From an uncultured Planctomycetaceae bacterium (GTDB lineage: Bacteria; Planctomycetota; Planctomycetia; Pirellulales; PALSA-1355), in assembly GCA_963785305.1 (NCBI GenBank), contig CAWAUV010000007.1, forward strand, positions 1,024,001-1,088,000: a DNA stretch of 64,000 nucleotides, read 5' to 3'. Below the pieces are notes generated by a model, which was given only the letters and a program-made list of their open reading frames with translations, did no database searches and was not told the DNA's origin. Positions 47,214 to 58,980 of this stretch are shown here, piece by piece. The position numbers and the translations under genes are program-made. How positions within the stretch are numbered: position 1 is the first letter of the stretch; each line of letters opens with the position of its first letter.

Positions 47214-48372
47214 ATGAATTCGATCTTGCGACTGCGACTATTGGGCCGTCGGCATGCTCGCCGGCGACGTTCGGGTCGCCAAGTTTCCCTGCACCGAGTT
47301 CTCGGCGGTCTCGCATGCGGCGGCGCTCCGCGGCTCTCGGCGTGGGCAATGTTCGCCGCGCTCCTGGCCGCCGCGCTGGGAGAAAGCCCTCGCGCGTCGG
47401 CCGACACGATCGTTGACTTCAACACGAATTTCGGGACGATCGAAGTCGCGCTGTACGACAACGCCAACCCGACCACGGTGGCGAATTTCTTGAACTATGT
47501 GACTGCGGGCACCTACACCAATAGCATTGTCCACCGTTCGGCCAACATTGACTCCACCAATGGGGCAAACGATATCGTGCAGGGCGGCGGCTTTAACACG
47601 AGCTTCAATTCGATCACTCCGACAAACGCGCAAGGCATCGGTTTGGTCTACAACGCTCCCAACGTCGCGGGCACGCTCGCCATGGCGAGCACCAGCGCGG
47701 CGAACTCCGAAACGACGCAGTGGTATTTCAATGTTAACAACAATAGCAGCGGTCTCGATCCTAATTATTCAGTGTTCGGCAATATCATCAGTGGCATGAA
47801 TGTGCTCAACACGATCGCGGCGCTTCCGACCTACAGTTTCGGCGGCGCGTTTACGAATTTGCCGCTGCAAAACTATTCGACAACCGATCTAAATAACAAC
47901 GTTACGCCGACGACGAACAATCTGGTGGTGGTCAACAGCATCACCGAATCTGGGAGCTACCAGCCGCTCTGGCAGAATTCGACGAATCGATTCGATGTGT
48001 TGGGCATCGGCAAAGCATCGCCGGGCGGAGTGCTGGCAATCGTCCAGTACCTGGAGCAAAACAACGCCGCGGGCACGAACGATTATGTCCAACTCGCTTC
48101 GACTTACGCCTCCGGCAAGCCCTATTACGATGTCGATGGCGATGGTTTCGTCACGGCTCAAGACGCCACGCAATTGATCTCCCAGCTCAATAACGCCTCG
48201 ACCGCCGCGCTCTATAGCTCGGCCAGCGGCGCGATGATGCTCATGCGCCGTGCCCGAGCCATCGAGCGTCGTGATGCTGGGGCTGGGCGCCGGCGCCCTG
48301 GCGGGTTGGTTGCTCGTTCGGCGCCGCCGCGTTAAGGTAGCGGTCTCCCGGCGTCGCCCGGCTTTGTCTTGA
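47214..48372 (+). CDS. Cyclophilin-type PPIase + dockerin-like domain + PEP-CTERM sorting signal (frameshift ~48245)
   Basis: TNFGTIEVALY...PTTVANFLNYV...IVHR...VQGGG...GTLAMA...YSVFG; DVDGDGFVTAQDA; shifted frame VPEPSSVVMLGLGAGALAGWLLVRRRR...TGA 48372. Confidence 0.85.
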
Positions 48373-48454
48373 GCATCGCCGGACGCCGGCGGCTCATACA
48401 AAATTCGACCTATGTTCCCACCCAGGGCTCGCAAGACGCCCTTTTTTGATTTTG

Positions 48455-50428
48455 ATGGCGAGCTTTCAACATTTCCGTATTCAACGCTCGACACGCTGGG
48501 CGATCGCGCTACTGGGGATCGTGCTTCCGGCGATGTTCGGCGGCGCCGCCGGAACCTCGCTGGCCGATGAAGGGGCCGTGGCCGGCTATCAGGACTACGC
48601 CGCCCTGACCGCCGCCGTGCGGAAGCTGGAAGCCTCGCCGCTGGTGAAAGTCCGCTCGCTTGGCAGCACCCGCGGCGGACGCGAAATTTGGCTCCTCACA
48701 CTTTCGGCAAGCCGGCCCGGCGCCCAAAAACCCGGCGAAAATAAACCTGGCGAAAATAAGCCCGACGATAAGCCGGCGATTCTCGTCGTCGGCAGCGCGC
48801 ATGCCCCGCAGTTGCTCGGCTCGGAGCTCGCGATCCGCATGGCCGAGCGTTTGGTCGCCCTGGCGGCGGCGCCGGCCGATGCGCCCGACGAGCTCCATGC
48901 CACGGCCGCCGACCGGGCTCGCGCGCGGGAGTTGCTCGCCCGGCACACGATCTACCTCATTCCCCGGCCCAATCCCGACGCGAGCGAGGCATTCTTCCAA
49001 CGTCCCTATGAAGAACTGCGCCGCCAACGACACGCCGACCGACGACGACCGCGACGGCCGCCTCAACGAAGACCCCCACGAAGACCTCGATGGCGATGGC
49101 TGGATCACGTCGCTGCGAGTGGAAGACCCCGCCGGCGATTTCGCGCCGCTGGTCTCCGACCTGCGCGTGCTGGTTAAAGCCGATCATGCGAAGAACGAGC
49201 CCGGACGCTACCGGTTTTTTTCCGAAGGCATCGACAACGATCTCGACGAAATGTTCAACGAAGACCCGGCCGGCGGGGTTTCGTTCGACCGCAACTTCAC
49301 GTTTCAATATCCGTTTTTCAAGCCCGGCGCCGGCTCCCATCAGGTCTCGGAAATCGAATCGCGGGCCGTGGCCGACTTCGCCTTCACGCATCTCAACATC
49401 GCGCTCGTGTTTTCCTTCGGGCTCGAAGACAATCTGATCGAGCCCTGGAAGAAGGGCGAGGAAACCACCTTTCGCAAGACCGCTCCTCCGGCCGCCGACG
49501 CCGAGCGATTGGCATTCCTAGCCAAGCAGTTCCGCGAGCTCGGAGCCCCGGCCGGCCCCGCGGGCTCGATTCCGGGCGAAGGCTCGTTTGCCCGCTGGGC
49601 CTATTTTCATTTCGGCCGCTGGTCGCTGGTCTCGCGCGGCTGGTGGATTCCGCCTAGTGACGCGAAAAACCATGACGCCAAAAACCATGACGCCAAACCG
49701 GGCGAACCGAAACCGGGCGATATAAAGCCGAGCGCCGTCGAGGCGAACGCCCCACCCGCGAAAGACGCTTCCTCGAACGACCATGCCTCGAATGACACCA
49801 CGGCAAAGGCCGAAGCCAAACCCGGCGAGCGAGAGAAGCCGAAAGAAACCGACAAACGCGGGGCCGACGACACAAGCGCGCTCGCTTGGTTGTGCGCGAA
49901 AACATCGCCGGATTTGTCCCTTGGAAGCCGATCGAACATCCCGACTTTCCTGGTCGCCGCGTGGAAGCGGGCGGGTTCAAGCCGTTTTTGAGAATGAACC
50001 CGCCGGCCGAGGAGCTCGATCCGCTTGCCCGGCGCCACGGCGACTTTTTACTTCATTTGGCCGACTACCTGCCGCGAGTGGCGATCGAGCAAGTCAAAGT
50101 CGATCCGCTCGGCGAAGGCGTGGTCAGGGTTACGGTGAAGGTCATCAACCGCGGCTACTTGCCCACGGCGCCAGCGATTGCAGAAATGTCGCGGCAGCAC
50201 CATCCGGTGCAGATCAAGCTCGAAGCGCCTGAAGGCACGAAATTCATCACCGGCTACCCGCGCACCCAACTCGACACGCTGGCCGGCTCGGGAGGGGCGG
50301 CCGAAAAGACATATCTGCTTCGCCTATCCGCCGGCAAACACGAGCCCGCTCCCGAGAAGCGCCGGCTCACGGCGCGGGCCTATTCGCCTTCGATCGGCGA
50401 AGACTCACAAACGGTTGAATTGCCATGA
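48455..50428 (+). CDS. M14-family carboxypeptidase-like protein, zinc motif degenerate (frameshifts ~49017, ~49892)
   Basis: SLGSTRGGREIWLLTL, KPAILVVGSAHAPQ, PRPNPD, DDDRDGRLNED/DLDGDG, FDRNF; stop overlaps next ATG. Confidence 0.82.
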
Positions 50429-52203
50429 AAGCACATTGCTTGCGAGACACTCTTCGCTTCGCCATCGCCGTGTGCGGCCTTTGCGCGTTGCTTGCGACCC
50501 CGAGCTTTACCGCCGAGCCGGCGCCGCCGGTCAAACGCGTCTATCAACCGCAAGGCGCTCCGGTCGATCCGAAGGTTCCCTCGCGTTGGAACCACTATCG
50601 TGACCATGCCGAGATCACGCGGTTCGTCCAACAGTTGGCCGCCGCGCACCCCGAGCATTGCCGGCTGACGACCTTGGGCAAGTCCTATGGCGGTCGCGAA
50701 ATGTGGCTACTCACGATCAGCAACTTCGCCACCGGACCCGAAAGCGAAAAGCCGGCTTTTTGGATCGACGCTGGCATTCATGCCAATGAGATTCAAGGCG
50801 CCGAAGTCGCGCTCTACACGGCTTGGTATTTGCTCGAATGCCATGGCCGCCAAGAAGCGATCACGCGGCTGCTCGACGAGCGGGTATTTTACATCCTGCC
50901 GCTTTTGAGCCCCGACTCGCGCGATGCGCATCTAAATGAACCCAACAGCACCCATTCACCGCGCACCGGCCAGCGTCCGCGCGACGACGACCACGACGGC
51001 CTTGTCGACGAAGACGGCCCCGATGATCTGGACCACGACGGCAACATCACCGAAATGCGCATTCCCGACGCGCATGGCCGATGGAAATCGCATCCCGACT
51101 ATCCGCAGTGGATGATTCCTTGCAAGCCCGACGAGCCCGGCCAATATACGCTGATCGAGAGCGAAGGCTTCGACAACGATGGCGACGGCAAGATCGACGA
51201 AGACGGCGAAGGCGAATACGACCCGAATCGCAACTGGCCCTGGGACTGGTATCCGGCCGGCTGCCAGTTTGGAGCCGATCGCTATCCGCTTTCGATAGAA
51301 GAAGACCGAATGGCGGCCGACTTTATTCTCGCGCATCCGAACATCGCGGGGGTGCAGTCGTATCACAATGCCGGCGGCATGATCCTTCGCCCGCCCGGCT
51401 CCAAGAACGAGAAGCTTCCCCAGGCCGATCTCGAAGTATTCAAACTGCTGGGCCGCAAAGGCGAACAAATGCTGCCCGGCTACCACTCGATGGACACCGG
51501 CCAGGATCTCTACGAACTTAATGGCGGCGAGACCGAATATCTCTATGCGATGCGGGGTATTTTCAGCATCACCAACGAACTGTTCTCGGCCTTCGATCTC
51601 TTCGGCAAGAGCGGCGGAAAATTCGGCTACGGTCAAGAAGACGAACAGTTCCCGTTCAACAAGCTGCTGCTCCTGGGCGAAGGCTTCGTGCCTTGGCATG
51701 AGGTCGAGCATCCGCAGTTCGGCAAGATCGAAGTGGGCGGGTTCAAAAAGAACTGGCTCCGCCAGCCGCCGAGCTTTTTGCTCGAGGAAGAATGCCATCG
51801 CAACATGGCCTTCACGCTCTACCATGCCGATCAAATGCCGCGCGTGGAGCTCGACCCGCTCGAGGCGCGTCCGCTGGGCGATGGCCTGTTCGAAGTATCG
51901 GCCACGCTCCTCAATCTCAAGGTGATTCCCACCCATGCGGCGATCGACGTGGAGCGCAAGATCACGCCGCCCGACTTGGCCCGGCTCGAAGGACCGAATG
52001 TCCGCGTGCTGGCCGGACTCACCTCGCACGACAAGCTCTTCCAGGACCCCAGCGAGCAGAAACACGATCCGGCGGAGCTGCGTATCGAAACGCTCGCCGG
52101 CCAAAAGCCGGTGTATGTCCGGTGGATCGTCTCCGGCGCCGGGCCGTATACTGTCACGCTGCGAAGCGTCAAGGGCGGCGTCGCCCGGCGGACCGGTCCC
52201 TAG
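50425..52203 (+). CDS. M14-family zinc carboxypeptidase
   Basis: LGKSYGGREMW, WIDAGIHANE, DPNRNW, QSYHNAGG, TNELF; DxDxDG loops. Confidence 0.9.
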   Translation: MKAHCLRDTLRFAIAVCGLCALLATPSFTAEPAPPVKRVYQPQGAPVDPKVPSRWNHYRDHAEITRFVQQLAAAHPEHCRLTTLGKSYGGREMWLLTISNFATGPESEKPAFWIDAGIHANEIQGAEVALYTAWYLLECHGRQEAITRLLDERVFYILPLLSPDSRDAHLNEPNSTHSPRTGQRPRDDDHDGLVDEDGPDDLDHDGNITEMRIPDAHGRWKSHPDYPQWMIPCKPDEPGQYTLIESEGFDNDGDGKIDEDGEGEYDPNRNWPWDWYPAGCQFGADRYPLSIEEDRMAADFILAHPNIAGVQSYHNAGGMILRPPGSKNEKLPQADLEVFKLLGRKGEQMLPGYHSMDTGQDLYELNGGETEYLYAMRGIFSITNELFSAFDLFGKSGGKFGYGQEDEQFPFNKLLLLGEGFVPWHEVEHPQFGKIEVGGFKKNWLRQPPSFLLEEECHRNMAFTLYHADQMPRVELDPLEARPLGDGLFEVSATLLNLKVIPTHAAIDVERKITPPDLARLEGPNVRVLAGLTSHDKLFQDPSEQKHDPAELRIETLAGQKPVYVRWIVSGAGPYTVTLRSVKGGVARRTGP

Positions 52204-52259
52204 ATCGCGGCCTTCGAATTCAGGATGGAGCGCGGCGACCTTTTTCCTCGGAGCGACTC

Positions 52260-54099
52260 TTGGGGTATCGAACACTCGCCGAGTGCGTGTCTGATCTCGC
52301 GACCACGGGCCAACTTGTGCGCATCGACTCGCCGGTTGATGCCCGGCTCGAAGCCGCCGAGATTCAGCGCCGCGTTTATGCCGCGGGCGGGCCGGCGGTG
52401 CTGCTGTCGAACGTCGTCGGCTGCCAGTTCCCGATGGTCTGCAACCTCTTCGGCTCCGAGGCCCGCGCCAAGTTTATCTTTCGCGACACGCTCGACGATG
52501 TATGCCGGCTGGTCGAACTAAGGACCAATCCCGCCGCGGCTCGGCGAAGACCCTGGCGCTATTTGAAAGCGACTCGTGGGCTGGTGTCGATGCTCCCCAA
52601 GCCTGTGCGCACTGGCCCGGCGATCGCCAACCGCACAACCCTAGGCCAATTGCCGCAACTCGTCTCCTGGCCACGCGATGGCGGCGCCTTCGTCACGCTG
52701 CCCCAAGTCTATACCGAAGACCCCGATCAACCAGGGCTCGGTAAATCGAACTTGGGCATGTATCGGGTGCAAATCTCGGGCGGCCACTACGCTCCGGATC
52801 GCGAGGCCGGCCTGCACTATCAGATTCATCGCGGCATCGGCGTGCATCATGCGGCGGCGATCCGGCGCGGCGAACCGCTGCGGGTGAACGTGTTCGTCGG
52901 CGGCTCGCCGGCCATGACCGTCGCCGCCGTGATGCCGCTGCCCGAGGGACTTTCGGAGCTCGGCTTCGCCGGGGCGCTGGCCGGGCATCGCATTCCCATG
53001 ATCTCGCGCGGCGCCGATCCAGCAATTTACGCCGAAGCCGATTTTTGCATCGCCGGCGTTGTCCAGCCCGGTCGCATGTTGCCCGAGGGACCGTTTGGCG
53101 ATCACTTGGGCTATTACAGTTTGGCGCACGACTTTCCCGTGCTCACGGTCACGGGCGTGTATCATCGGCCCGGCGCGATCTGGCCGTTTACGGTCGTCGG
53201 ACGTCCGCCGCAAGAAGACACGGCGTTTGGCGCCCTGATCCACGAAATCACCGGGCCGGCCATTCCCACCGTGATTGCCGGCCTGAAGGCGGTGCATGCC
53301 ATCGACGCCGCGGGCGTTCACCCGTTGCTCCTCGCGATTGGCAGCGAGCGCTACACGCCTTATGCCCAGCGCGACCGGCCGCAAGAATTGCTCACCACCG
53401 CCAACGCGGTGCTCGGGCAGGGTCAACTATCGCTGGCCAAGTACCTGCTGATCGTGGCGCACGAAGACTGCCCGGCGCTCGACATTCAGCGCATCGACGA
53501 TTTCTTTCGCCATCTGCTCGAACGCGTCGATTGGCGCCGCGACTTGCACTTTCAAACCTCGACCACGATCGACACGCTCGATTACTCGGGCGCCGGTTTC
53601 AACCAAGGTTCAAAGTTGGTGATCGCGGCCGTGGGTCCCAAGCGGCGCGAGTTGCCGAGCGAGATTGGCGAGTGGAGCTTGCCCGAGGGATTTAGTCGGC
53701 CGCGCGTCTGCTTGCCGGGCGTGCTGGCCGTGAGCGGGCCCGCGCATGGCGACGACGCGGCGGCGGCCCAAGCGACGATCGCCCGGTTTTGCGACGCCTA
53801 TCGCCCCACCGATCCGATCGGCCGCTTTCCGCTGGTGGTCATCGTCGACGACAGCGAGTTCACGGCCGCGACCATGAACAATTTTCTTTGGGTCACTTTC
53901 ACGCGGAGCAATCCGGCGGTCGATGTGCGGGGCATCGGCGCTTCGATCCGTCACAAGCACTGGGGCGCCGAGGGGCCGCTGGTGATCGATGCCCGGGTGA
54001 AGCCGCATCACGCTCCGCCGCTGGTCGAAGACCCGGCGATCACGCGGCGCGTCGAACGCGCTCGCCGCGCCCGGCGGCCCGCTGCACGGAATTCTGTAG
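52260..54099 (+). CDS. UbiD-family (prFMN-dependent) decarboxylase (frameshift near end ~54057)
   Basis: SWPRDGGAFVTLP, NLGMYRVQ, PEGPFGDHLGYYS, VVGRPPQED, DTLDYSG, FTRSNPA, IDARVK; shifted end LAAPGGPLHGIL-TAG. Confidence 0.92.
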
Positions 54100-54146
54100 T
54101 AGCCGAACCGAAACCGCCCAAACCGCTCACGGCCCGAATTTCGATC

Positions 54147-54211
54147 TTTTAACAGGCTGCTAGCAGTGGGGGGCGGTCAGCAGTCTGTTGGATATTTCAA
54201 CAAGCTGCTGA
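54147..54211. repeat. Short palindromic (MITE/REP-like) element
   Basis: TCAGCAGTCTGTTG-GATATT-TCAACAAGCTGCTGA plus adjacent AACAGGCTGCTAG; related copies at 24636-24663 and 34703-34728. Confidence 0.6.
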
Positions 54212-54368
54212 CTTTCGAGGGGTTTCCGGGTTTCCCACCGCCGCGGCGCGGTCTTGGCGGGCAGGGACCAATCTGCTACAAGTCGCCGCCTCAATGGGCG
54301 ACGCACCGTTCGCGCGCTTGCGCAACGCGCCCCGCAATTTAGTTCTCGTCGGCGGGATCAAATCAGGG

Positions 54369-56366
54369 ATGAACAACTTTGGCAGGGTGTTGAAGCTGTC
54401 GCTCCGGCATCGCGCAACGGTCGCCGCGGCAGTCGTTTGCGCGTTTTTGGTCGCGATCCTTTGGGGCGGCAATATCGGCGCCCTCTATCCGGTGGTCGAG
54501 GTCGTGTTTCAGGACCAGTCGGCCGGCCAGTACGTGCATGGCGAAATCGGTCGGATCGAAAAGAAAATCGCCGACTTTCGCGATGAAATCGCCCGCTTCG
54601 AAGCCGACAAGCAAGCCGCGGCGAGCGATTCCGAGCGCGCCGCGCTCGAGAATCGCATTCAATCCGTGAACCAACGAATCGACGCCGAAGACCGCGCCCT
54701 CGCGACCTACCGCTTTCTCGAACCCTATGCCTTTCGCCTGCTGCCGGGCAGTCCGTTTCAAACCCTGGCCGTGATCGTGGGCCTGATCGTGGTGAGCACG
54801 CTCGTCAAGAGCTTCTTCCACGCGATCAGTTCGATGCTGGTCGACCGGATCGCGCAGCTCACGATTTTCGATTTGCGAAAAGAATTCTTTCGCCGCACGC
54901 TGCGAATGGACCTGTCGAGCTTCAGCGAAACCGGGACCGCCGACCTCCTCTCTCGATTCACCAACGATCTGGAAGGCGTGGCCAATGGAATTCAAACCCT
55001 CTTCGGCCGCGCGGTGCGCGAGCCGTTGAAAATGGTCGCCTGCCTGGTGGGCGCCGCCTGGATTTGCTGGCGACTGCTCCTGCTCTCGCTGATCGTGGCG
55101 CCGCTGGCCGGTTTTCTGATCTCGCCTGGCCAAGACGCTCAAACGGGCCAATCGCCGCGCGATGGAAGAAGTGTCGTCGCTCTACAATATCCTCGTCGAA
55201 TCGTTCAACGGGGTGAAGGTCGTGAAGGCCTTTACCATGGAACGCTACGAACGCCGCCGCCTACACAACGCCAGCAAGAAGCTCTATCGCCGCTCGATGC
55301 GGATCGCCGTGTTCGACGGCCTGATCAATCCCGTGACCGAGCTGGTGGGCATTTGCATGATCTCGCTCGCGATCCTGGCCGGCGCGTATCTGGCGATCAA
55401 TCAGCACACGAGTCTGTTCGGCATTCATATCAGCGATCGGCCGCTCACGCTCGGTTCGCTTCTCATTTTTTATGGCATGCTCGCCGGCGTGAGCGATCCG
55501 GCGCGGAGAATCTCGGAAGTATTCAATCGGCTCCAGCGCGCTTCGGCCGCTAGCGACCGCGTGTTTCAACTGCTGGATCGCATTCCCAAAGTCGACGACG
55601 CCCCCACCGCTCGACCGATCAAGCGACATCATCTCGACCTCACGTTCGACGGCGTGCATTTCAGCTACGCGCAGGCGCGCCGGTGCTCGACGATATCCAT
55701 CTGCGGATCGGCCACGGCGAAACCGTGGCGCTGGTCGGGCCCAACGGCTGCGGCAAATCGACGCTCGTCAATCTGATTCCCCGCTTCTTCGATCCGACCG
55801 GGGGCTCGGTGCGACTCGATGGCCTCGACCTGCGCGAGGCTCGCCTGAAGGACCTGCGGAGGCAGATCGGCGTCGTCACCCAGGAGACGGTGCTGTTTGA
55901 CGACACGGTGCTCGCCAACATTCGCTACGGCGCCCCTCGCGCCACGCGCGAAGAAGTGATCGAAGCCGCCAAAAAAGCCCATGCCCATGGGTTCATCGAA
56001 CAGCGGCTCGAAAAGGGCTACGAAACGATGGTCGGCGCCCAGGGCCACCGGCTCTCGGGCGGACAACGTCAAAGGATTGCGCTGGCGCGAGCGATTTTGC
56101 GCGACCCGGCGATTCTAATTCTCGACGAAGCCACGAGCCAGATCGACATCGAGAGCGAGCAGCTTATTCATCAGGCGCTTGAGAAATTTGCCCGTGACCG
56201 CACCACCGTCATTATCACCCATCGCCTCGCCACGCTGGCTCTGGCGAATCGGATCGTGGTGATGGAGGGCGGCCGGATTGTCGATGTCGGCACGCACGAA
56301 CAGCTCATCAGCCGCTGCCGACTCTACCAAGGGCTGTACAAAATCGAGTTTAGCGAAGCGGCGTAG
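54369..56366 (+). CDS. MsbA-like ABC exporter (TMD+NBD) (frameshifts ~55122, ~55675)
   Basis: TM helices, DLLSRFTND, VKVVKAFTME, GPNGCGKST, LSGGQRQR, ILDEATS. Confidence 0.92.
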
Positions 56367-56483
56367 CGGGTATGTTTTCGTGCTTCGGTGCTTAGTGATC
56401 GCGGCGTCCCGCTTCCGACTGAAAATTCAACACTGGAGAACGAACGCAACCGCTTCTGGCTGCGCCATTTGCTTTTCCCTCAT

Positions 56484-56740
56484 GCCAAACGTCGCGAGCT
56501 ACTGGTTGCGACGAAACAGCTTTCGCTGGGGCCGGCACGGAGAATAGGCATTTGCATGGGGCCGAACAGCGAAGACCGAGGCAGGAGCCCACAATCACAA
56601 GCCCTTTGCTTCAAAGTCCTTGAGACATGAAGCGGCGCCCTCTGGTCTGGAACGCCGGAGGGCCCGAAGGCACGGGATTCGGGCCGAAATTTGGCGAGCC
56701 TGCGCGGCAGGGTATCCCCGCCGAGCGGCTCGCCTTTTTT
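56484..56740 (+). ncRNA. Candidate structured sRNA ending in an intrinsic terminator
   Basis: Consecutive hairpins (CGTCGCGA/TTGCGACG, TTCGCTG/CAGCGAA, GGC-AGGA-GCC, GCTTCA/TGAAGC, GCCCTCTGG/CCGGAGGGC, CCCGAA/TTCGGG), then GGCGAGCC...GGCTCGCC-TTTTTT. Confidence 0.4.
56693..56740 (+). terminator. Rho-independent terminator
   Basis: GGCGAGCC/GGCTCGCC stem followed by T6. Confidence 0.75.
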
Positions 56741-56951
56741 ATTGTGCTGTATCGTTTCGCTGCAGGTGTCCCATTGTGATACAGGTCTGAAACGCGCGGA
56801 CAGCAAGCGAATTCGATCGATTTGAATGAGCGCTCGAAAAAAAATTCTTCGGCCCCGAAATCGATCTGCAATAAATGCGCTCCCGGTTCCGCGAATGGTT
56901 GGTTTGGAGCATCGCCTAGACCGATGGCCCCGAGGTGCGCGGATTTCTAAT

Positions 56952-56979
56952 TTGACAACCGCGCCCCAGGGGGTAGGAT
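56952..56979 (+). promoter_or_regulatory. Sigma-70-type promoter for DUF1549/1553-DUF1501 genes
   Basis: TTGACA-N16-TAGGAT; downstream TTTTGCAA repeats at 57006, 57028, 57043. Confidence 0.6.
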
Positions 56980-57144
56980 GAGTGTCTCATTCGGGCTGTA
57001 AACGATTTTGCAAAAATACTTTGTGGCTTTTGCAAGAAGGCCTTTTGCAAGAATACATTGGGGCAAGCAGTCCGCCCGATTCCCCGCGATTATTTTACCG
57101 CGGTGGCCGGACGTGACCGGATCGAATGTGTGGAGGATTGGGGT

Positions 57145-58980
57145 ATGGAATTCGAGTGCGGCAGTGGACGCTTTCACGCGAAATGGGCCTTGGCTCTGAC
57201 TGGGCTTTTGGTCGCGTTGGTTCCAGGCTCGAAGCTGCAAGGCCGCGGCGATGCGCTGGCGCTCTGAAAGCTCCGACGAAAAGCGCTGTTGGCAAAAGCG
57301 CCGCCAAAGCGTCGACCGTGGCCACGTCGTCCGACGCCGACCGTCCTACTGAATCGAGCCGGCCGCCGAAGACAAGCTCCTCGGGCAGTAAAAAGAGCAA
57401 GGCCGCGTTTGGCATTCCTCAAGTCGAGGCTATCAACACGCTTATTCGCCAGGGCTGGCAGCAGAGGCAGATGACGCCCTCGCCCCCGGCCTCCGATGGC
57501 GAATGGTGCCGTCGCGTGCATCTCGATATCCTCGGCCGCACGCCTTCCGTCGATGAGCTCGATCGCTTTCTCGGCGACCCGGCCGCCGACAAGCGGGTCA
57601 AGCTCGTCGACCATTTGCTGGGCGATGACATGGTCGAGGAATATGCCCGGAACATGACCACCATTTGGACCAACACTTTGGTTGGTCGCGCCGTCGGGCA
57701 AGGAAGAAAACCGCATGGTGAGCCGCGAGGGCATGCAGCAAGCCTTGCGGCGGGCTTTCCAGCGCAATCTGTCATGGGACAAATTCGCCTACGAGTGCAT
57801 TTCGGCCAAGGGCGTGAACCGGCCGGGTGAGACCGGCTTCAATGGCTTCACGAACTTTTTGACCGACAAAATGGCCGAAAACGGAGTGCAGGCCACGGCC
57901 AAGACCTCGCAGATTTTCCTCGGCCTCCAGGTCCAATGCACGCAGTGCCACAACCATCCGTTCAACGAATGGAAGCAGAACCAGTTCTGGGAGCTCAACG
58001 CCTTTTTCCGGCAAACCCATGCGATGAAGCATGACAAGCCGAATGTCGACATTTACGAACTGGCCAACCAGAACTTCTCCGGCGAAGACAATCGCCCGGA
58101 GGAAGCGGTGCTCTTCTACGAGCTGCGCAACGGCCTGACGAAAGCCGCGTATCCGGTGTTTGTCGACGGCGCGAAGCTCAAGACCGACAGCGGCTACATC
58201 GATCAGGTGGACCGTCGCTCGGAGCTTGCCCGGCTCGTGGCCACTTCGGACTTTCTCGGCAGGGCGATGGTGAATCGCCTCTGGAGCCACTTCCTGGGTT
58301 ACGGCTTCACGAAACCGGTCGACGACATGGGCCCGCACAACCCGCCGAGCCATCCGGAGCTACTCGATGCGCTGGCGGTGGAGTTCAAGAAGTCGAGCTA
58401 CGATATCAAGCAGCTCATGCGGTGGATCGTGCTCAGCGAGCCCTACTCGCTTTCGAGCCGATTCAACGCCAAGAACAAGATGGACGACCCCTCGCTCGGC
58501 GAGAAGCCGGCCTTCTCCCATTTCTACATGCGGCAGATGCGGGCCGAGGAGTTGTATGAATCGCTGATCGTGGCCACCGAAGCCCAAAAGAGCCGCGGCA
58601 GTTATGAAGACCAAGAAAAGGCCAAGAGCGACTGGCTCCAGCAGTTCACCATCGCCTTTGGCACCGATGAAAACGACGAAGCCACGACCTTCAACGGCAC
58701 AATCCCGCAAGTGCTAATGATGATGAACGGCGATCTCGTGAAAGACGCCACCAAGATCGAGCCGGGCAGCTTCCTACAGCGGCTTTCGGCCGATTCAAAG
58801 ACCGACGCTCCCAAAAAGATCAACTACCTGTACATGGCCGCCGTGGCCCGCAAGCCGACGCGCGAGGAGATCGACGCGGCGAACGCGCTGGTGGAATATC
58901 GCAAGGGCGATGGTCCGGCGGCGCTGCAAGATATTTGGTGGTCGCTACTTAATAGCAACGAGTTTATACTGAATCACTGA
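57145..58980 (+). CDS. DUF1549/DUF1553 (PSCyt2/PSD1-type) planctomycete protein (frameshifts ~57262, ~57690)
   Basis: GGAGG RBS and signal-like N-terminus; WCRRVHLDILGRTP, FLGLQVQCTQCHNHPF, VNRLWSHFLGYG, PSHPELLDALA, DIWWSLLNSNEFILNH. Confidence 0.9.

Noticed and set aside
47400..48200. Horizontally acquired low-GC islet
   Set aside because: The GC dip coincides with an Asn/Thr-rich coding segment and has no mobility signatures.
56557..56740. tmRNA, 6S, SRP or RNase P identity for the structured intergenic region
   Set aside because: No tRNA-like 3' end, no GAGGAAAGUCC core, no SRP loop and no long rod fold were visible.
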